Assembly (NCBI GenBank): GCA_950097015.1
Contig: CATNEN010000039.1
Span: 8,618,001-8,682,000 of the forward strand
From: Macrostomum hystrix
Taxonomy: Eukaryota; Animalia; Platyhelminthes
Direction: 5' to 3'
Length of the DNA stretch: 64,000 bases
The position numbers and the translations under genes were made by a program. A model generated the notes under the pieces. It was not told where the DNA came from and did not search any database. It was given only the letters and a program-made list of their open reading frames with translations. Positions within the stretch are counted from its first letter, which is position 1. Each line of letters starts with the position of its first letter. Below are positions 12,201 to 27,200 of this stretch, piece by piece.

Positions 12201-15200
12201 AATCTGACAACATTCTGTAGAATCTACCCGCCTCTGTTTGTTATTTTTAATAATAATAATAATTGCAGGAGGGCTGTGGGCAATGGCACATCATTTGGTG
12301 ACCCGCAGAAAGCAAGGAGGAAATTCTGTCCATTCCGTTGACTCCTGAGCACATACTCACGAAACATGTGCATCTGACCTGACTTTCAGGGTTGCATGGC
12401 GCATCTGAAGACTGCGTACGCCTGTTCAGTCCATGGACTGGGGGACGCCACACACACCCTCAATTACTCAGCTGATGCTGGTACTTGCTGAGGGACATAA
12501 ATTGTTCCTATGAAATCCAGAATCGAACCCCGACCTTCAAGTCGTGAGTCCGACACACTAACCACACGGCTACAAGTTACGGTGTAGCATGTAATATAGT
12601 ATTTTTATCCTTCATTAAGCTACCTTGCATTAAATATGATAAAAAAGATGTCGTCTTTGTCTGTTTGTCCAATTAAGTGCATCAGATTTCCAAATCTGCA
12701 CTTGGCATATAGCGGCTTCGATGCGGACTTCTCTTACCTGGCAAAACAAAGACCAATAATATATGGAAATATTTTGCTTCTAAGTGACACCCCAACCCAG
12801 GGTTATTGTAACCAGCATAGCAACTAGCAAAGCTGGGGATCCTCCCCTAGTGCCACTTGCGCGAAGTTGAAGGTGAGGGGGGAAGCCGACAAAGACTGAA
12901 TTGTAACGGAGGGTCTTTGTTGCCATGCGCCAAGTTGTGCACCACGTGTTCACACATGGGTATAAGCGACTTGAACACGCTCACCTGACTGTTTATCTAC
13001 CTGGAAGCAGAAGTTTTTTACCTATTCTTTCCTGAGTTTTATTTGTCACGGAACAGTTGCGTAACACCTTTATGAATCCGAGCCTGGGGTCTGTCGGGAT
13101 AAAAAGTCCTAGCTTTTTCCCACGCGTCTGTCTGTCAGTGGCAGGTTATTTTATTGTATCAAAAAGTGTAGATTTTTTTAATTTGCGATATTAAGATTGA
13201 ATAGAAAAAGAGTGTCTTTTTCAATGGAATGGGAGAATGGCATCTTAAGAGTGTCGTCGAATAAGGTGAGGAGATAAGATCGATTATGTTAGACAGGGAT
13301 AGAAAACAATACTAACAATTTTAATTTGTCTTCAATGGAGAGTTGGCACAACAAAAATTTACTGTAGAACACACTTTAAGATTGGAGAGAGACAGACTGA
13401 GATGCAGGGAGAGTGAGAGAGATTGGCAAGAGATGCAGGGAGAGAGAGATTGGGAAGAGATGCAGGGAGAGAGAGAGATTGGGAAGAGATGCAGGGAGAG
13501 AGAGAGATAGGGAAAGAGATGCAGGGAGAGTGAGAGAGATAGGGAAGAGATGCAGGGAGAGTGAGAGAGATTGGGAAGAGGTGCAGGGAGAGTGAGAGAG
13601 ATAGGTAAGAGGTACAAGGAGAGTGAGAGAGATAGGGAAAGATGAAGGGAGAGAGATTGGGAAGAGATGCAGGGAGAGTGAGAGAGATAGGGAGGAGGCC
13701 AATCAGCCTGAAGGTGAGGGAGGACCTCCACTATGGTCCACTATGGAACACCCAGGAGGTCCACTGCTACACGGACGGATCCATGAAGGATGGCTCCGCT
13801 GGCTTCGGGGTCTGTATCCTAGTCAACGGACGTGTTGTCGCCACACACGCCCAACACACTGGAAATTCCTCGAGCGTTTTCCAGAACGAGGTCCTGGCCA
13901 TCAGCTCCTACGCTGCGGAGTTGAACGAGAAAAACATCTCAGGCAGGACTATCATCTTTCACTCGGACAGTCAGGCTGCTCTGCAAGCCCTCTGTCACAC
14001 CACCACAACCCCCCCGACAGTCTCCGACTGTGTCCGGCAGCTTAACAACCTGGCCGGTAAGAATAGCGTCAGACTTCAGTGGATACCAGGGAATGCCGGT
14101 TTTCCTGGAAACGAGCTTGCTGACTACCTTGCCAAGCAGGGAGGCGCCAGCTCTGCGCCGGGCCCCTCCCCCCGGCTCCGATTCCGAACACCGTCATCTA
14201 TCGTCATATTAATGACTGGGCCGCCAACCTCTATCTTACCCGATGGAGAAGCACCACTAACTGCCGCCAATCCAAAGCGGCAGTCTCAGTGCCATCCACT
14301 CGGCTCCGGAAGGTCCTTCTAAACCAGACCCGGAAGGACATCCGGGCCCTCACCTTGACCCTCACGGGCCATGGCTGCAACGCCAGGCACTGTTTCCTCC
14401 GAGGAGACCTCCGGAGCGAGCTGTGCCCGTTCTGCAACCTTGAGAACGAGGATGCCCTGCACTTCGTCTGTCACTGCCCTTTCTTTACCAGAAAGAGGCT
14501 TTATCACCTCGGACCAAACCCATCCATGGACGACGTTTGCAGATCCGAGAACATCCCGCGGCTCGTCCGGTTCCTAAGGGCTACCAGACGAGCATCTTTC
14601 TTCCCTAGTGAAGAGCAAGCTGCAGGAAGGACCGGCCACGGACCTCCCTGACTGGCCCCGCGCCATCGGCCGACTGCGGGTCTTTCAGGGATTAGCGGAA
14701 TGGGCGACCCCCGCCTCCTCGCTGTGTCCATCGGACCGCCCTGCAGATAAGTCAAGTAAGTCAAGATAGGGAAGAGGGGGGTGCAGGGAGAGTGAGAGAG
14801 ATCGGGAAGAGATGCAGGGAGAGAGATAGGGAAGAGATGTAGGTAGATGGCATAGGGACTGGTACAATAGAGACGTTTTGTTTGCCAGCTTCGCAGAACA
14901 GGTCTCCAGTTTCACTGGTATATGCAGACGGCAAGTTCAGTTTAATCAGTGTGCAAAACCCCTGCTATTATGTCAGACACGCCAATCCGGACCATGCAGA
15001 CGATCCAGACATTTTGTTGCCGTACGCCACCCACTTTTACTGCCCCCCCCAAAGAAAGCAAGAAAAACAAGCTTAGATGGGTACCTCATCGACTATTCTA
15101 GAAATTGTGTTTTTTCACTTTGAGGTCAAACCGATCGCGACAAGTCAGATTAGGTCGTGACCTGCGGGTTGTACACGCACACACACTCACACACACACAC

Positions 15201-18200
15201 ACACACTCACACACACACACACACTCACACACACACACACACACTCACACACACACACTCACACACACGTCACAACAGCTCGATTCCCTGAAAAGTATTC
15301 CCATCGTGTTCCCAACCGCCCTCCAGTTGTTCGCATCCCACTGCCAACACCCCGAAAACTCCCGGAAACGGGCTGCACCTCTTCTATGGAATGGAATCTA
15401 TATTTAGAGGCCCGACTGTTGCCCCCCCTTCGATCCGGTTGTTTGAAAACAAACCTTGCCAACGATTCAGTGATGGACAGTTCGAAAGTTCTGTACAGTA
15501 TTTTTGACCGTGAAACTGCAGTTGCCAAGCTAATTAATAGAGAGAACTGTATTGTATACACATGTATTGGGCGTTCAAATTAGACATTGTGGGGGCTGCG
15601 ATGTTAGGATTACGAGTTTAGTAAAAACGTGGGATTACGAGACCTTCTATTTCTCAGCAGGGATTTTTTAGTTGCTAAGTTGGTTCGATTTAGAATTTTA
15701 TGTTCATGGCAATGACATCACATCATTTGGTGACACTAGACCAGAGGCAATTCTTCCCATTCCGCAACGTGTGTCAGAAATATTCGATTATGAAAATTAG
15801 AATTTCGCAAGAGCGTATTTGTACTTTTGATGCCCTGAGCTGAGAGTTCATATAGTACGTTAGCTGGGCTCAATTCGAAACACATGGCTGATTGCGCCGC
15901 ATCAATCTGATGCAGATTTCTGAGCCCATCTGACAAAATTTCCAACTTCCAATCTTCATCTTCCAATCGCACACTATAATATTGGCAAGCTTTGGAACTC
16001 AAACCAGATGGAGGACCGGGACAGAGTTTGAGTAGCTCTAGATCTGGTCTAGCGGGTTTGAATGAATTGGTCTAGTTACCATGGACGCTAGCGTTATTAC
16101 TGCTTCTGCTCATTTACATACAGTACAAGGCTTTGAGCAGAAATGTACGAGTTCGGAAGTTTGATTGCTGCACAATGATATTGAGTGCTTATCGAAGACA
16201 ATACATTGAACTATGCAAAGAAGTTGAGAGGAGAGAGAGAAAGTAGAGAGAAAAAATATAATGGAGAGACAGAAGGTTAAGAGAAGGGAGAGAGGGGAGA
16301 GAGAATGGAGATAAGAAGGGAGGGGAGAGAGAATGGAGATAAGGAGGGAGGGGAGAGAGAATGGAGATAAGGAGAGAGGGGAGAGAAAAGGGAGATAAGG
16401 AGAGAGGGGAGAGAAAAGGGAGATAAGAAGAGAGGGGAGAGAGAATGGAGATAAGGAGAGAGGGGAGAGAAAAGGGAGATAAGGAGAGAGGGGAGAGAAA
16501 AGGGAGATAAGGAGAGAGGGGAGAGAGAATGGAGATAAGGAGAGAGGGGAGAGAAAAGGGAGATAAGGAGAGAAGGGAGAGAAAAAGGAGATAAGGAGAG
16601 AAGGGAGAGAAAAGGGAGATAAGAAGAGAGGGGAGAGAAAAGGGAGATAAGGAGAGAGGGGAGAGAGAATGGAGATAAGGAGAGAGGGGAGAGAAAAGGG
16701 AGATAAGGAGAGAAGGGAGAGAAAAAGGAGATAAGGAGAGAAGGGAGAGAAAAGGGAGATAAGAAGAGAGGGGAGAGAGAATGGAGATAAGGAGAGAGGG
16801 GAGAGAAAAGGGAGATAAGGAGAGAAGGGAGAGAAAAAGGAGATAAGGAGAGAAGGGAGAGAAAAGGGAGATAAGAAGAGAGGGGAGAGAAAAGGGAGAT
16901 AAGGAGAGAGGGGAGAGAGAATGGAGATAAGGAGAGAGGGGAGAGAAAAGGGAGATAAGGAGAGAAGGGAGAGAAAAAGGAGATAAGAAGAGAGGGGAGA
17001 GAGAATGGAGATAAGGAGGGAGCGGAGAGAGAATGGAGATAAGGAGGGAGGGGAGAGAGAAGGGAGAGAAAAGGGAGATAAGAAGAGAGGGGAGAGAGAA
17101 TGGAGATAAGGAGGGAGCGGAGAGAGAATGGAGATAAGGAGGGAGGGGAGAGAGAAGGGAGACAGTGGAAATGTTGGACAAGCAACATTCACCAGGTACA
17201 GGTGGTCCATGCTTAAAAGCCAGCCTGTCAAGGTGACAAATAGAGTAAGCCAGACGCAGACAAAACTAATCGAGGCTGCCGCACCCACCATGCAGCCACT
17301 GCATGACAGCCTCTGTCCAGCCTCCAAGCAGGAAGTCAGACAAATAATTCTGCAATCTGGGCTAGAGGGCACTATCTGCATTTGTTGTTGGGTCAGGAGA
17401 TGCGACAGAAGCGATGACGACTTTGGCGGCAGCTGCTTGCAGACTAATATAGGAACAGTATGCGAGGGTCTCCGGTCATTATCCGGGTTGCAAATCAGTA
17501 ATTTAGTATCCGAGACTGCAATATTCCTGGCCATATCCCGCACATCACTATACTGTCTGTTGTAAAGCCCTGAGTGTTAATCTATGCCCGCTTTGCAATT
17601 AAGCCAGCAATGTCTAGCCTAGAATTGTCGAACACGCAGCCATCCCTCTGACTCTTGAGCACACACTTTCGACAGGCAGCGTACACTCTCACTGTGATTT
17701 TGTGACATTTTTATGGAACTATAGCTAATTGCCAAGCTATAATTCAACCAATAAACAGGTATACGACCATGCAAGTGTCAGTCGGTAATCGATAAGTTTT
17801 TATGATGCAGCAAGGTTAGCGAAGGTCACAGCGGGTCAGGTGACTGAGTTCTAAGTACTGGCTGTCGCTGCATAAATAGATAACACCTCAGCTTGATAGG
17901 TGCGAAACTGTCAATTTATTGATAGATGCCAATGTTGCAACAAATTACTCACTTACTTGCATGTAATTAAGATAGACAACAAATTGCTAAAAAATATATT
18001 TTAACTCAAGCTAGATATCCGCCGATTCTAAGTTGAAATCTAGAATTCCTCATTAGATATCTACCGATTCTCATTGAATATCTACCAATTCTCATTGAAT
18101 ATCTACCAATTCTCATTGAATATCTACAAATTCTCGTTGAATATCTACCTATTCTCATTGAATATCTACCAATTCTCATTGAATACCTACAAATTCTCGT

Positions 18201-21200
18201 TGAATATCTACCTATTCTCATTGAATATCTACCTATTCTCATTGAATATCTACCTATTCTCATTGAATATCTAACAATTCTCATTGAATATCTAACAATT
18301 CTCATTGAATATCTACCAATTCTCATTGAAGATCTACCAATTCTCATTGAATATCTACCAATTCTCATTGAGTATCTACCAATTCTCTTTAAATATCTAC
18401 CAATTTTCGTTGAATATCGACCAATTTCTCAATAAATATCTACAAAAGTCTAATTGGAAATCTACCACAGTGAATATCTACCAATTGTCGCTGAAAATCT
18501 ACAAATTTTATTTTAGTCTCTACGAATCGCAAGATCAGAAGATATCTACCAATTATATTCCTGTAACGTTTACAATTTGGATGTTTGAATAAATATTTGT
18601 TCATCGTAAGCAAAACTTTCATGCTTCTTTGCCGCTGCTTGCTAAATTGTTTCTTTAATAAAAGCAAAATACAGACATTTTCCCTTAGTTTGTTGTTTCT
18701 GTTTAAGAATTTAAACATTTCCCAATGTTGCAGCATTATAACTATCATTATTTATCACCCACAAGTAGCCATAAAATAATTTATATTAGTTCACAAACTG
18801 ACCAACAGCCTAGTATTAGCGGAGTATAAATTTTCATTCGCAAGCAGCTGATGTTTGTTCTGCTCCGGTGTTTGACGTTTCAGATTTTGGTATCGCGTTT
18901 CAGATTTTCTGTTCCATGATTGCGTCATCGGCGATATCACAAGATCAGGGCCGAGTAGGAACCAGGAATAGCTCTGCTGGCTGGGCGGTGTTTTCATGCA
19001 GATAATTTATTAACACGCGACCCCACCCCCAAAAGGTTGCGTGGAGACAAGACAGGGGTGAAAGTTAGATTGTTGATTTTTCTAAACGAAGATAAACACA
19101 GAAGAGGGTCAACATTTGCCGAAATGAAAATTGCGTCCAAATCACTTGAGAATGTTATTTCCGTTTTTGAGGCTTATGGCTTACGGTAGATTTGTAGACA
19201 CAATGGGATATCAGTGAGGTAGTCACAATGGGATATCAGTGAGGTAGACAGAATGCGATATCACTGAGGTAGACACAATGGGATATCAGTGAGGTAGTCA
19301 CAATGGGATATCAGTGAGGTAGACACAATGCGATATCAGTGTTGTAGACACAATGGGATATCAGTGAGGTAGTCACAATGAGATATCAGTGAAATAGTCA
19401 CAATGGGATATCAGTGAGGTAGTCACAATGGGATATCAGTGAGGTAGTCACAATGCGATATCAGTGAGGTAGTCACAATGGGATATCAGTGAGGTAGTCA
19501 CAATGGGATATCAGTGAGGTAGACACAATGGGATATCAGTGAGGTAGTCACAATGGGATATCAGTGAGGTAGACACAATGCGATATCAGTGAGGTAGACA
19601 CAATGGGATATCAGTGAGGTAGACACAATGGGATATCAGTGAGGTAGACACAATGGGATATCAGTGAGGTAGTCACAATGGGATATCAGTGAGGTAGACA
19701 CAATGGGATATCAGTGAGGTAGACACAATGGGATATCAGTGAGGTAGACACAATGGGATATCAGTGAGGTAGTCACAATGGGATATCAGTGAAATAGTCA
19801 CAATGGGATATCAGTGAAATAGTCACAATGGGATATCAGTGAGGTAGTCACAATGGGATATCAGTGAGGTAGTCACAATGGGATATCAGTGAAATAGTCA
19901 CAATGGTATATCAGTGAGGTAGTCACAATGGGATGTCAGTGAGGTAGTCACAATGGGATATCAGTGAGGTAGTCACAATGGGATATCAATTAATATTTCC
20001 TGGAATCAGTGGAAGGCCAGAGAATTGCGAGCAGTTTCAAAAGCCCCTATAAATTAGCAGTTAGAAGTTTGCTTTTGCAAAAGTCTGCTATCCGAAGGTC
20101 ACTTGCATTTTTTTGGCCCCTACATTCCACAAGAGGCCATTATTATTTTTATGTTTTTCTTTCTTACGACCCCTGCATTTGCAACAACAACTTCTTTTTC
20201 TAAACGCAGAAACGAAGAGCACTGGATCAGTGTGTTTTGCTGAATTTTAAATGCATTTTTCTAATAAAACTCGAACTAGGACAACACATGTGTTTCTAAG
20301 AATTAGTTTCTCCATTATTTTCTTTTCCGGCTTGAAAACTCCCACAATTGTTGCTCTGACAGATTGGGGTCAAGTCGCAATCAGCATTGCACATTCTCTA
20401 TCTACCCTTGTATTCGGGCTTTGAATAACCTTAGATTTGAAATCTGATGGTGTCAGATAGTGTCAGATGTTGCCTGGTGGTGTCAGATGGTGTCAGATGG
20501 TGTCAGATAGTGTCAGATAGTGTCAGATGGTGTCAGATAGTGTCAGATGTTGCCTGGTGGTGTCAGATGGTGTCAGATGGTGTCAGGTGGTGTCAGATGG
20601 GTGTCAGATAGTTTCAGATGGTGTCAGATGGTGTCAGATAGTGTCAGATGTTGCCTGGTGATGTCAGATGGTGTCAGATGGTGTCAGGTGATGTCAGATG
20701 GTGTCAGATGGTGTCAGATAGTGTCAGATGTTGCCTAGTGATGTCAGATGGTGTCAGGTGATGTCAGATGGTGTCAGATGGTGTCAGATAGTGTCAGATG
20801 TTGCCTGGTGGTGTCAGATGGTGTCAGATAGTTTCAGATGGTGTCAGATAGTGTCAGATTGTGTCAGATGTTGTCTGGTGGTATCAGATTGTGTCAGATG
20901 GTGTCAGATAGTGTCAGATATTGCCTGGTGGTGTCAGATGGTGTCGATGGTGTCAGATGGTGTCAGATGGTGTCAGATGGTGTCAGATGGTGTCAGATAG
21001 TTTCAGACGGTGTCATATGGTGTCAGATGAATCTGATGTTGTCAGAAGGTGCCAGAATGTGAGATCGTCAGATGGTATTCTAAAAACACGTTATAGGATG
21101 CAAATTTTATTTAAAAAAGAGTACGACTACTCTAAGTACCAGGTAAGTGCGAATCAAGAAAACTACAGAAAATCTAAAAGAATCGCAGGACTCACCCGAG

Positions 21201-24200
21201 TCGCTATCAATAGCCCGCAGCCTGACGATTGGGGTGCCTTGGACTGCGTCCTCCGACAACTCAGCTTTCGTGTCACCCTCAGCGGCCTTCACGACCACAG
21301 CCGTTGAACTTCCATTGAAATTTGAAAGTGTCGCCACGAACTCTGGTGAGCAATCGTTTTCATCCAAAACTTCAACTTCGACAAAGTCAAGCTCTACGTC
21401 AAAGTCGTCTTCAAAGTCCTGACCGTCGGCAGATTCAGAAACTACGATGAAGATGTGTCGACGTTTGACTTCGTGATCCAAGCTCTGGTTGAGCGTCACA
21501 ACACCTGAACGAACGTCAACAACGAATTTTGCAACGTCGTCGTTAGAGACGCCGTCTATGGACGGCGACAGTCGATATCTCCGACGACGTCCGGGAAGAC
21601 CGACGTCGACCACAGTCGCGCCAACCAGCGTCGCCTCGGACAGACGAATTCGGCGTCGGCGAAGTCGAATGGGAATCGACAATCCTCGCCAACCGCTGGA
21701 AATTTCGCGACGTTGACGCCTCTGAAGTCGCCGCATCGGTTGACACTCGTGAAGTTTGAAGTGCAGCCTTCTAGGAGGCGTTGCGAAAACCCCGTCAGTC
21801 GCCACTACAACAATTTCAAGTGGTTGAAATCGTCGTCTTCTGGCGCGTCGACACGCGACATCGAGTCTGGTTGTCAAGAAAACAGCGCCCGTCTTGTCGT
21901 CAACATCCAAAAGGTCATCGTTGGAAGCGTCGGTATGGGCGCCTGAAAGGAGAAAGTAGCGAATCGCCGGTCGATCTTCGGGATCGTCATCGACAACGGA
22001 GAGCAAGGCACTGCCTTCCGGCAACACGACGCGCCTCGATCGAGCATCGAGCGATGTCGCAGACAGTCGAATTACGGTTGCCACCTCCGCCATCGGCACA
22101 GCCCATTGCAATGGCCGGTCGTTGACGTCCAGAACGCGAACGGTGACAGCCGCCGGCCGCCCAGTCAATCCTGTTGAGTCGCTGGCCAGCGCAAGAAAGT
22201 GCAGCTCGGATTTGTTGGGCAGCGCCTCTCGATCGACGCGGCGCTTCAGGCTGAGCTGGCCAGACGACGGGTCGATGCGGAACGCCGCGGACGCCGAGCT
22301 GTTGGCGACATCGGCCAGACGGTAGGTCAGCCGAAAGTCGGCGTCAGGATCGAGTGCGCGCAGAGGCAGCAGCGGCTCACCCGGCGGGGTGTCCTCTCGA
22401 ATTAGCAGCGAGTAGGCCTCGGCTTCGAAAGCTGGCGGCCGGTGATGGCCGATGTCGACTTCCAGTCTGTAGCCAACGGTGATCGAGGCCGCTGTAGCGT
22501 TGGTAGGACCTAGCCTAAATATGAAAAGTAATGCTGAGTCAATAAACTTCTAAAGACAAAGGGATATCATTGTTACAAGACCAACCTGGCAAGTGCAGCT
22601 ACCGTCAACCCATACGGAGTTGCCGTCCAATTCAATTGTCGTCGAAGGCGCAGTTGGAAGCCTCTGAAGTCATGTTTGTCAGATGTTGCAGCTGTGGCGA
22701 CTTCAAAATACTCGCCCCCAGCTTCGGCGCTAACTTCGATGCTGAGGTCACCAGCAGCGGCGGGATCGGAGATTCGACAAGCTGCCAGCGTCGTGCCAAC
22801 AGGCGACGCGTCGGGCAGCCGAACTTCGCTCCACGCTGGCGGACGGCAGGACAGGCCGGACAGGATAGCGACGGACGAGTTTGTTGAATTGTCGTCGTCA
22901 AGATGAACAGTTAGGCGAAACGGCGACCTGGATCGACCATTCGGCGACTCCCAGTCTATGGCGAAGAACTCGAAAAGGAAGAGACGGTGAGTATTGAAGG
23001 GCCGCAGGTCACCGGATGGCATCAGCGTCACCCGGCCGCTGATCGGGTCCAGATGGAAGCCGGTGTCGTTGAAGACGGATGTCGATGAGGTCCCGAGTTC
23101 AAATCCACCAACCGGACGCCTCGGATGGTCGGCATCGCTGGCTCGCAGGCGAAACACTTCCATGGGGCCGGTCGCCTTAGAGAAGGTTGTTGGCTGGAGG
23201 ACAACGTGAGCTTCGGGCAGGTCAAAGCGCGGCAAGTTGTCGTTGACATTCCCGACAGTGACAACCACGTGGCAGATGTCCCGGCGGGTGGCGTCGACGG
23301 TGACAGCCTCGACGAGCAGGTCGAGCTGGCGTTCGCGTTCCCGGTCAAGAGACGAGCGAAGGACGAGTTCGCCCGTGTCGGGATGGAGGCTGAGCAGATG
23401 GTTCGCTCGATCACCGATCAGGCGGTAGGTGGCGCTGAAAGGTTGAACGTATTGAGCACCCTCCACTATTTGATGCTGATGTACTTCAGTTTGTCTGAAT
23501 AGAAGTAGTCAAGGCCAACTATTCAACACGCAAATTATTTAGGGAAGCCTTACCGTTTTCCGTCGTCCGCAGTTGCGTTGCCATGGGTATCCAACGGCGC
23601 CACTCGGAGAATGCGCAGGCCCACAGGCGCACTCTCCGGAATCTTGACGTGCTGAATCACCCGGGCGCACAGGGGCGGCAGCCCGCCCTCTGAGAGCGGA
23701 CAGCGACCGCGCCACCACCACCGCCGACTGCGGTGACTTCGACCACCGGCTAGCAGGCGGACTCGAACTTGCGACCTATCCGAATGTACCGAATCCGTCA
23801 CCACGGCGACAAAACTAAGCTCGTTGGGCGGCGCTTGACAACTGTCACCTAGCAACCGGTAGGTTGGCCGATAACTAAGGACACCGGTGCGCGGATGCAC
23901 CATAAATTGGTCAGCGTCTCCTCCAACCAGAAGGCGATAAGTCAAGCCGGGATTCGAACCATCGACGCCCATCTCCAGGTCGGGATCTCGCGCCCGCAGT
24001 CGGCCAATAATGAAACCGGCAGCGCCGACCTCGGTGTCATCTTCGGCGACCTCGCGGGGCGCCGCGAGTCGCCAGACGCGCCGCAGAAAGCTTGGCGGCC
24101 AGTCGTTTGCGTTGGCGACTTCGACGGTGACCGGCAGACGAGCGGTTGACGACGACTCTGAAGCGACAGCCGCGATGAGCCAGAAGCGATGACGACGACG

Positions 24201-27200
24201 ATTCTCGAAGTCCAGTCGGCGACGCAACCGAAGATGTCCGTCACTTTCGCCGATTTCGAAAGCGTCAACATCCTCCGAAGCGCCGTCCAATCGGTAAGCG
24301 ACCTCGGCGCCGGAAATCGTTGCCGCCGATGCTGTCAGAAGGACTCGCCGCCATGCCGGCTCCTCGGACTCCGAGATTGTCGCCAAGAAGCCGCCCGAAT
24401 CGGCAGCCGCGCCGACGAATTCAGGCGGTGCCGTTGAAAACGCTCTCTGGAAAAATCGTTGAGATCGTTTAAAGAACTAAAAGTACTTTGACGGGAGTTT
24501 TTGTGTCGACCTTATGTGCCTTTTTGTGCCTTATAATAAAAAAAATAATTGCAGGACGGCTGCAGGCAAGTGAGGGTTCATTGGTTAAAATTTCCGTCAG
24601 CGCTTGTGGTAGCAGATGAATGTGGCGTCGCAGCGGAATCGAGCTCAGGGACCTTGGTGCGAGAGACAAACGCATTAGACGGCTCTGCCACTCACCTCTA
24701 AGCCTTGTACCTCTCCTTGTACGTAGTTTTTATGTACTTTTAATGCAATTTTCATTGAATCGATAAATTTTAATCTACTATTTTTCAAGAGTTTCACGAC
24801 TTTAAATGGAATATAATTTCAAAACGCGACATAAAATACGTCACTTCCTACTAATCACTAATAGGTAAGTAGTTTCGCTAATTACGATTATCACACGAGT
24901 GCAGCTAAGATATTAGGAGTTTTTTCTTAGAAACTAGCTTTGCCATCATCTATTTAGGCGTCAGTAAAGACGCGGATCACGCGGTAAAGATTTCGCACCT
25001 CCACGTCGACTGTGAGGTGCAGACTGGCTGACAGACCCGACACCGGATTCGTCGCGGAGATCACCAGCTGGTGCCGACTCGACACTTCGTAGCTGAGCTG
25101 CTCAGACAATCGGAGCCCGCCTGGAAGTGAGTGAGTGAGTGAGTGAGTGAGTGAGTGAGTGAGTGAGTGAGTGAGTGAGTGAGTGAGTGAGTGAGTGAGT
25201 GAGTGAGTGAGTGAGTGAGTGAGTGAGTGAGTGAGTGAGTGAGTGAGTGAGTGAGTGAGTGAGTGAGTGAGTGAGTGATTGAGTGAGTGAGTGAGTGAGT
25301 GAGTGAGTGAGTGAGTGAGTGAGTGAGTGAGTGAGTGATTGAGTGAGTGAGTGAGTGAGTGATTGAGTGAGTGAGTGAGTGAGTGAGTGAGTGAGTGAGT
25401 GAGTGAGTGAGTGAGTGAGTGATTGAGTGAGTGAGTGAGTGAGTGAGTGAGTGAGTGAGTGAGTGAGTGAGTGAGTGAGTGAGTGAGTGATTGAGTGAGT
25501 GAGTGAGTGAGTGAGTGAGTGAGTGAGTGAGTGAGTGAGTAATGAATGAGTTAAGAATGAGGCCAAAAAGCAACAGCAAAACACGAATGCAAAAAACCAG
25601 ACAACGAACAAAGACAATAATTGACTTTTCGAATAACGTACGAGTAACACCCCTAAGGATAGAATCCCTACGGGGTTCCACTGATTCATACTCGTACCAT
25701 TCATCCGTTTTACAGAGAGGGAACTGCCCCAGAGATTGATGCCATAGAGACAGTCGCCAGGTAAGGTAGCCGCCGCCCATCAGCGAATCACCTCAGTCCT
25801 TACTGATTCCCATTAAGGTCTAAGAAAAGCCACTTTACCTATGAAAGCTAGCCCAAAACCTGAACAGAAAGTGTTTAGTTTGGTCGGGTGCGGTCTTAAT
25901 AGATTGGAACAATCATTTTCTGTCTATTGCCCTCTCTCTTCTTTTAGGCTGAAAGTATTTTTGACCGAAACTGAACGCTAAGTGAATCTGTGACTGGCGT
26001 TTATTGTTCACTCTGCAGGCCCATGTGTGCTACGAGGCGCTGCAATGCTAGAGGGATATAAGGAGATAGAGGTAGGAAGAGAGGTAGGATTGAGAGAGAT
26101 TGGGAAATGTAAACTGTGAGAGGTAGACTGTGAGAGATTGACTTTGAGAGGTAGAATGTGAGAGATAGACTGAGAGGTAGACTGTGAGAGATAAAGGTAG
26201 ACTGTGAGAGGTAGACTGTGAGAGGTAGACTGTGAGAGGTAGACTGTGAGAGGTAGACTGTGAGAGGTAGACTTTGAGAGGTAGACTGTGAGAGGGATTG
26301 AGGTAGACTGTGAGAGGTAGACTGTGAGAGCTAGACTGTGAGAGGTAGACTGTGAGAGGTAGACTTTGAGAGGTAGACTGTGAGAGGGATTGAGGTAGAC
26401 TGTGAGAGGTAGACTGTGAGAGCTAGACTGTGAGAGGTAGACTGTGAGAGGTAGACTTTGAGAGGTAGACTGTGAGAGGGATTGAGGTAGACTGTGAGAA
26501 GTAGACGTTTAGAAAGAGGGCTTGCAAGAATAAAAAAGCGAAATGAACCCAAGGAAAATTACAAATCCGAGAAGTGTCGCATGTCTTCCCCAACACTCCC
26601 TTCTCCCAAATCAGGCAGCCCCTAAGCTGCGGTTAACAATCTAGTTGCTAGCTTACTTTGGAATTAGGAGAATGCCAAAGATTTAATATTTTATCCCAAA
26701 GCATGATCCCGCTGGTTAGCCCACCACGCCTTCGCTTGAGTGACTGAAGTGTCTGTCTGGAGTTAGGGATTTTCAAGTTGGTGAAAAATCACTTCCGCAT
26801 GGCAACCAGATGCTTTGCGTTTAGTCCAGCCGATAAGGAATTTGTGTTGCTAAGGACGCATGATTGAAAGGTGGAATGCGTGGAAATGCTAACATTCTAC
26901 TGAAAGTAGACTGCCAGATTTTAATTGGCTTGCTATTTTAATATACTTTAATAATTTCATATTTGCCACTAGTACATGGCTGGGCTATTGGGCAATCTAA
27001 GTAAAGTCTGCGTGGGATCTGGCGCTACCTGATTCATAACCCACTCACTGGCCAGTTTATTAATTAAGACACAGAATGGGACAGGGAGAGTCTCTATCCC
27101 TCACACACACATCAAGCAAAGCTGATGAAGGTCACACAGTTGCTATCCATGAAAAAATTTCTGGGACTCTCATATTGGTTTGGATGCCGTCGCTTCCGCT

